From: Verrucomicrobiota bacterium | GTDB lineage: Bacteria > Verrucomicrobiota > Verrucomicrobiia > Opitutales > Coraliomargaritaceae | DNA: 64,000 bases | Assembly (NCBI GenBank): GCA_039815375.1 | Contig: JBCBZJ010000001.1 | Coordinates: forward strand, 288,001 to 352,000 | Direction: 5' to 3' | Shown: piece by piece, positions 60,537 to 64,000 of the stretch | How positions within the stretch are numbered: the stretch's first letter is position 1 | Layout: each line of letters starts with the position of its first letter | The notes under the pieces: model-generated | Told to the model about the DNA's origin: nothing | The model's database searches: none | What the model saw: only the letters and a program-made list of their open reading frames with translations | Program-made: the position numbers and the translations under genes

Positions 60537-60773
60537 ATGACTAAAGTTCGCCAGATCGATTACCAGACACCTCGAATGCTGGTTGCCTACAGTGGTAAGC
60601 GCACGGTTCGCCTGACCGGTGAAGAGACCCGCTACAAATTCTCGGGTGTTCTGATTGAGGGGGTGGAGGATAATTTCGCAAAAATCGGTGAAGAGCGTAA
60701 AGACTGGCAAAAAAGTGCCTTCCCTTTGCCTTGGACAGACTCTCCTGAGGTGGTCTATCCCGATACGAAATAG
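60537..60773 (+). CDS. Hypothetical protein
   Basis: 78-aa ATG ORF with protein-like composition, divergent from the ferredoxin. Confidence 0.5.
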   Translation: MTKVRQIDYQTPRMLVAYSGKRTVRLTGEETRYKFSGVLIEGVEDNFAKIGEERKDWQKSAFPLPWTDSPEVVYPDTK

Positions 60774-60892
60774 CCGTGGTCCGCGCTTGACAGGCGCGCT
60801 GCAAAGACCTTTTCTCTCCGCTTTTCTTTAAATCCGGGGCACTGCCGGTTTTATTTTACGATCTCAAATTTTACTCTTTCAGAACTTCGATT

Positions 60893-61171
60893 ATGGCACT
60901 CAAAATTCGTCTCCAGCGTCACGGTGCAAGCCACCGTCCTTTCTACCGTATGGTCGTAACAGAAGCGGCAGCTCGTCGCGATGGTCGTTTCGTCGAAGTT
61001 CTCGGCACCTATGAGCCTCAAGCTAAAAAAGTTGAGGACGAGCTTAAGATAAAGCTCGAACGTGTCGATTACTGGAAGTCTGTTGGGGCCAAGCCGACCG
61101 ACACAGCTGCCAGCCTTATCCGCAAGGCCCGTCGCGAAGCTCCGGCTGAAGAAGCCGCTGCCGAGGCCTAA
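60893..61171 (+). CDS. rpsP: 30S ribosomal protein S16
   Basis: MALKIRLQR.G...RPFYR.VV....RDGRF.E.LGTY.P, GAKPTDT. Confidence 0.97.
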   Translation: MALKIRLQRHGASHRPFYRMVVTEAAARRDGRFVEVLGTYEPQAKKVEDELKIKLERVDYWKSVGAKPTDTAASLIRKARREAPAEEAAAEA

Positions 61172-61213
61172 ACAGTCTGGGTGCTGCAGGGCACCTACTC
61201 GAAAGGCGCAGAA

Positions 61214-61897
61214 ATGCACATCGAGTTTGATATCTTAACTCTCTTTCCGGAAATGGTAGAGGGTTTTTTTACGTCCAGTATGATCTCCCGCGGTCAGAAA
61301 AGTGGTCTCATAAGCGTTCGAAGCCATCAGATACGAGACTGGACGAGGGATAAACACAACAAGGCGGACGAAATGCCTTATGGTGGTGGCGCCGGAATGG
61401 TAATGAAGCCCGAACCGATTTTTGCCGCGGTTGAAGAGCTCCGCCGTCCTGATACGAAGGTCCTCTACATGGCCCCAGATGGCCAGCCTCTAACGAGCCG
61501 ACTCTCTCGCGAGCTCTCCAAGGAGGAGCACCTCCTCATTCTCAGTGGTCACTATGAGGGAGTAGATCAGCGGGCGCGGGACGAACTCATTGATATGGAG
61601 GTAAGTATTGGAGACTACGTGCTGACGAATGGCACCCTTGCCGCTGCAGTTTTGATCGACTCTGTGAGCCGCTTTATCCCCGGATTTTTAGGGGATGAAA
61701 AATCCTTGACGGAGGAATCTTTCATGAGCACTTTGCTCGGCTTTCCTCAATACACGCGTCCCGCAGAATACCGCGGAATGCGAGTGCCAGAGGTTTTACT
61801 TTCCGGTGATCACGCGGCCATTGCGAAGTGGCGGCAGGAGCAGCAGATCGAAAAAACACGGCGAATTCGCCCAGACATTTTAGACCAAGACAATTAA
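61214..61897 (+). CDS. trmD: tRNA (guanine37-N1)-methyltransferase
   Basis: LTLFPEM, PYGGG.GMVM, GHYEG.D.R, SIGDYVL, P.YTRP, VPEVLLSG.H. Confidence 0.96.
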   Translation: MHIEFDILTLFPEMVEGFFTSSMISRGQKSGLISVRSHQIRDWTRDKHNKADEMPYGGGAGMVMKPEPIFAAVEELRRPDTKVLYMAPDGQPLTSRLSRELSKEEHLLILSGHYEGVDQRARDELIDMEVSIGDYVLTNGTLAAAVLIDSVSRFIPGFLGDEKSLTEESFMSTLLGFPQYTRPAEYRGMRVPEVLLSGDHAAIAKWRQEQQIEKTRRIRPDILDQDN

Positions 61898-61919
61898 CTT
61901 TTTATCGGAGAATTCCATT

Positions 61920-62291
61920 ATGAGCCAAGCCATCCTCGAAGACCTCACCAAAGATCAACTTAAGGACGACCGCGCAGATTTCAAAGTCGGCGACGGTGTG
62001 CGTGTGCACCTCAAGGTTAAAGAAGGCGAAAAGACCCGTATTCAGGTATTTGCCGGTATCGTCATCGCTCGTAAGGGTGGTGGTCTACAAGAGACTTTCA
62101 CGGTTCGTCGTATCGCTTCCGGTGTTGGAGTTGAGAAGGTCTTTCCTGTGCATAGCCCGACGATTGAAAAGGTCGAAGTAGACCGTGAGTCTGTGACCAT
62201 GCGTGCCCGCATGTATTACATGCGTGATCGTATCGGCAAGGCAGCGAACCAAGTTAAGGAGAAGCGCCTCGTGGAAGCGGGCCGCAAATAG
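61920..62291 (+). CDS. rplS: 50S ribosomal protein L19
   Basis: F..GD.V.V...VKEGEK.RIQ.F.G.VI, TFTVR....GVGVE..FP.HSP. Confidence 0.97.
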   Translation: MSQAILEDLTKDQLKDDRADFKVGDGVRVHLKVKEGEKTRIQVFAGIVIARKGGGLQETFTVRRIASGVGVEKVFPVHSPTIEKVEVDRESVTMRARMYYMRDRIGKAANQVKEKRLVEAGRK

Positions 62292-62315
62292 TTATTCATC
62301 TCTAGCAATTGTTTT

Positions 62316-62344
62316 AGAGCCGTCCTGAAAGGGGCGGCTTTTTT
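62316..62344 (+). terminator. Rho-independent terminator of rpsP-trmD-rplS
   Basis: AGAGCCGTCC-TGAAA-GGGGCGGCTT followed by TTTT. Confidence 0.85.
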
Positions 62345-62412
62345 GTGGTTTCATAACGATGACTGAGGAACCTTGCCTCGAGAGCAATTTCTCATAGTTT
62401 GGCTCTCAACGT

Positions 62413-64000
62413 ATGAAAACGCTCATCCGCCTTTTTCTTTTTTTTATTGTCTTTGTCCTTCTGCTGCTTGGTGCGACTATTTTCTTCCTGACTCGTCCGA
62501 GTGTGCAGAAGAGTATCATTGAAGGAAGATTGCCGGAAGGAAGCTCACTCGGTGCGGTGCGTGTTACAACAAGTTCTCTCAAGCTTTCCGAATTGAAGCT
62601 GGCGCTTGCAGATGGCACAAAAGTTCGCCTCGGCAGTATTAAGGCCGAGTTTGATCCTTTCGCAGCTGTATTCGATCGCACAGTCAGTGTAAGTTCGCTT
62701 GGTGTTGATGGACTGGTTGTCGAGCTCTCCAAGCCCTTGTTTGAGGCGCAGAGCACTTCAGCACCAGTGTCAGTTGCGCTCAGTGAACGCCAAGACGTCC
62801 AAGCTCAAACTGATGCCAGCGCGACAGCTGGCTCGTTCCCTCGGGGTGGCGAAAGTGCTTCGCCCTTTGAAATGCTTTATACACTTGGGCAGTTAGATTG
62901 GCTTTTGGACATAGGCTCAATTGAGTTTGACGGTGAATTGCGCGATCCCTCCGGCAGTTCTTATGGTCTATCGTTAAGTGCTGATACGATGCGCCCGGGA
63001 GAGGAGACGACAATCAACGCCAGTTTGAAGCTCAGCTCTGACGAGGCATTGCATGGTGGCCTAAAAGAGTTTGATGCGGAGACTATTCTTTTTTTAAAGC
63101 AAAACCCGGATGGCGGCTTCGAAGAGGTTCGTCTCGAGAGTCGAGCAAGTGCTAGTGATAAAGGTGGCAACTCTCTTCTATCAGCAAATCAAAAGCTGGA
63201 GCTTCAAGTCGATGCCTTTGAAGAACGAGCAAAGTTCGAACTTCAGCTCGATGCTGGCTTACCTCGCCCTGAAGCTCTTATTCCCGAATTGGCTGGAGTT
63301 GGTGCGTTAGAAGTCGAGGCTGCGCTTTCAGCCAGTGTGGAAGGCCAAGCCTTGAGTCTCAAACAAGTTCAACTGGTCGGGTCCTCTCTGGGAATTCCGG
63401 TGCTTTCGATAGACTCAAAAAGAGAGTTTATGCTTGGTGGTGTAGAGGATTTCACTGGCGAGCTTATGGAAGTGCGACTATCGAATCTTCCGCTTGATTG
63501 GCTTGGGCCGTGGCTGCCTGAGGGCTTTGTATTGTCAGGTCAGAATTTAAGTTCAGCTTTCAATCTAACCGGACTTCCGGATGGAGGCTTTGCGTTGCAG
63601 TCACTTGCTCCTTTAGTGCTCGGGCCGTTTTCAGTTTCGCAGTATGGCCAGCCCCTGCTGGAGCAAATTAGCTTATCCGCGCAGCCCATTGTCCGATTGG
63701 GATCAGATCAATCGATTAGCTGGGATTTGGGAGACTTAGAAATACGAGATCGATACGGAATTATTATCAGCGGCCAGAGCAAAGGCAGTCTTGATCCCTC
63801 GATCATCGACAACGGCTTTTTGCTCAAGGGAATTAATGCAGAGGCTGTTCTGAATCTGGGCCTTAGCGAGATCATGCAACAGCCCGTTCTTGCCGATCTG
63901 ACATCGATCATGAGCGGACGGGCTTCACTGGAGTTTACAGTTGATTCGAGCGCAGAGTATCCGGCTCAAATTGAAGGCTCTATCGATGGGCTATCCTCCC
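62413..64000 (+). CDS. Large membrane-anchored protein, AsmA/TamB-like (truncated by the window)
   Basis: Not in the ORF track. ATG 62413 gives MKTLIRLFLFFIVFVLLLLGATIFFLTRP (TM anchor), followed by a Leu/Gly/Ser-rich, beta-strand-like frame that appears open to the window end. Confidence 0.6.
   Translation, partial: MKTLIRLFLFFIVFVLLLLGATIFFLTRPSVQKSIIEGRLPEGSSLGAVRVTTSSLKLSELKLALADGTKVRLGSIKAEFDPFAAVFDRTVSVSSLGVDGLVVELSKPLFEAQSTSAPVSVALSERQDVQAQTDASATAGSFPRGGESASPFEMLYTLGQLDWLLDIGSIEFDGELRDPSGSSYGLSLSADTMRPGEETTINASLKLSSDEALHGGLKEFDAETILFLKQNPDGGFEEVRLESRASASDKGGNSLLSANQKLELQVDAFEERAKFELQLDAGLPRPEALIPELAGVGALEVEAALSASVEGQALSLKQVQLVGSSLGIPVLSIDSKREFMLGGVEDFTGELMEVRLSNLPLDWLGPWLPEGFVLSGQNLSSAFNLTGLPDGGFALQSLAPLVLGPFSVSQYGQPLLEQISLSAQPIVRLGSDQSISWDLGDLEIRDRYGIIISGQSKGSLDPSIIDNGFLLKGINAEAVLNLGLSEIMQQPVLADLTSIMSGRASLEFTVDSSAEYPAQIEGSIDGLSS

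Noticed and set aside
60893..62291. rimM missing between rpsP and trmD
   Set aside because: This arrangement is known in several lineages and is not informative without the rest of the genome.
62406..63911. Short ORFs listed at the right end
   Set aside because: They overlap the long open plus-strand frame starting at 62413.

Overview
A 64-kb bacterial chromosomal segment. Gene content and protein styles suggest Verrucomicrobiota, Opitutales/Coraliomargarita-like; this is inference. Left to right: (1) housekeeping genes metH (truncated by the window edge), rsmG, def, pdhA-pdhB-pdhC, an SDR plus chalcone-isomerase-fold pair, and valS. (2) A ~7.5-kb island (13.3-20.8 kb) that looks like a zinc/metal-starvation module: two COG0523/CobW GTPases, a HisI paralog with a Cys->Asp change, a ThuA-domain protein, a deaminase-only RibD, a stray YidD, a GTPase-less FeoB-like membrane protein and a Cys-tailed flavoprotein. 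Each of its four transcription units is preceded by the same 15-bp palindrome, TGAAAG-N3-CTTTCA. (3) acnB, a GAF-PP2C/STAS pair, a peroxiredoxin, a FecR-domain protein and eukaryote-type hisA. (4) A ~30-kb co-directional surface-polysaccharide locus led by a GbsR/MarR regulator and a JUMPstart/ops-like element. It encodes CDP-3,6-dideoxyhexose enzymes, Wzx/Wzy candidates, six glycosyltransferases and six sulfotransferase-like proteins. (5) rpsP-trmD-rplS and a truncated AsmA-like ORF. The most unusual structure is a four-helix-bundle (23S-IVP/Avd-like) gene inserted between pdhA and pdhB and bracketed by two inverted arrays of 7-nt repeats that could fold the gene out of the mRNA like an intervening sequence. 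No rRNA, tRNA, CRISPR array or transposase was recognised. All calls come from reading the sequence and recalling motifs; no searches were run.
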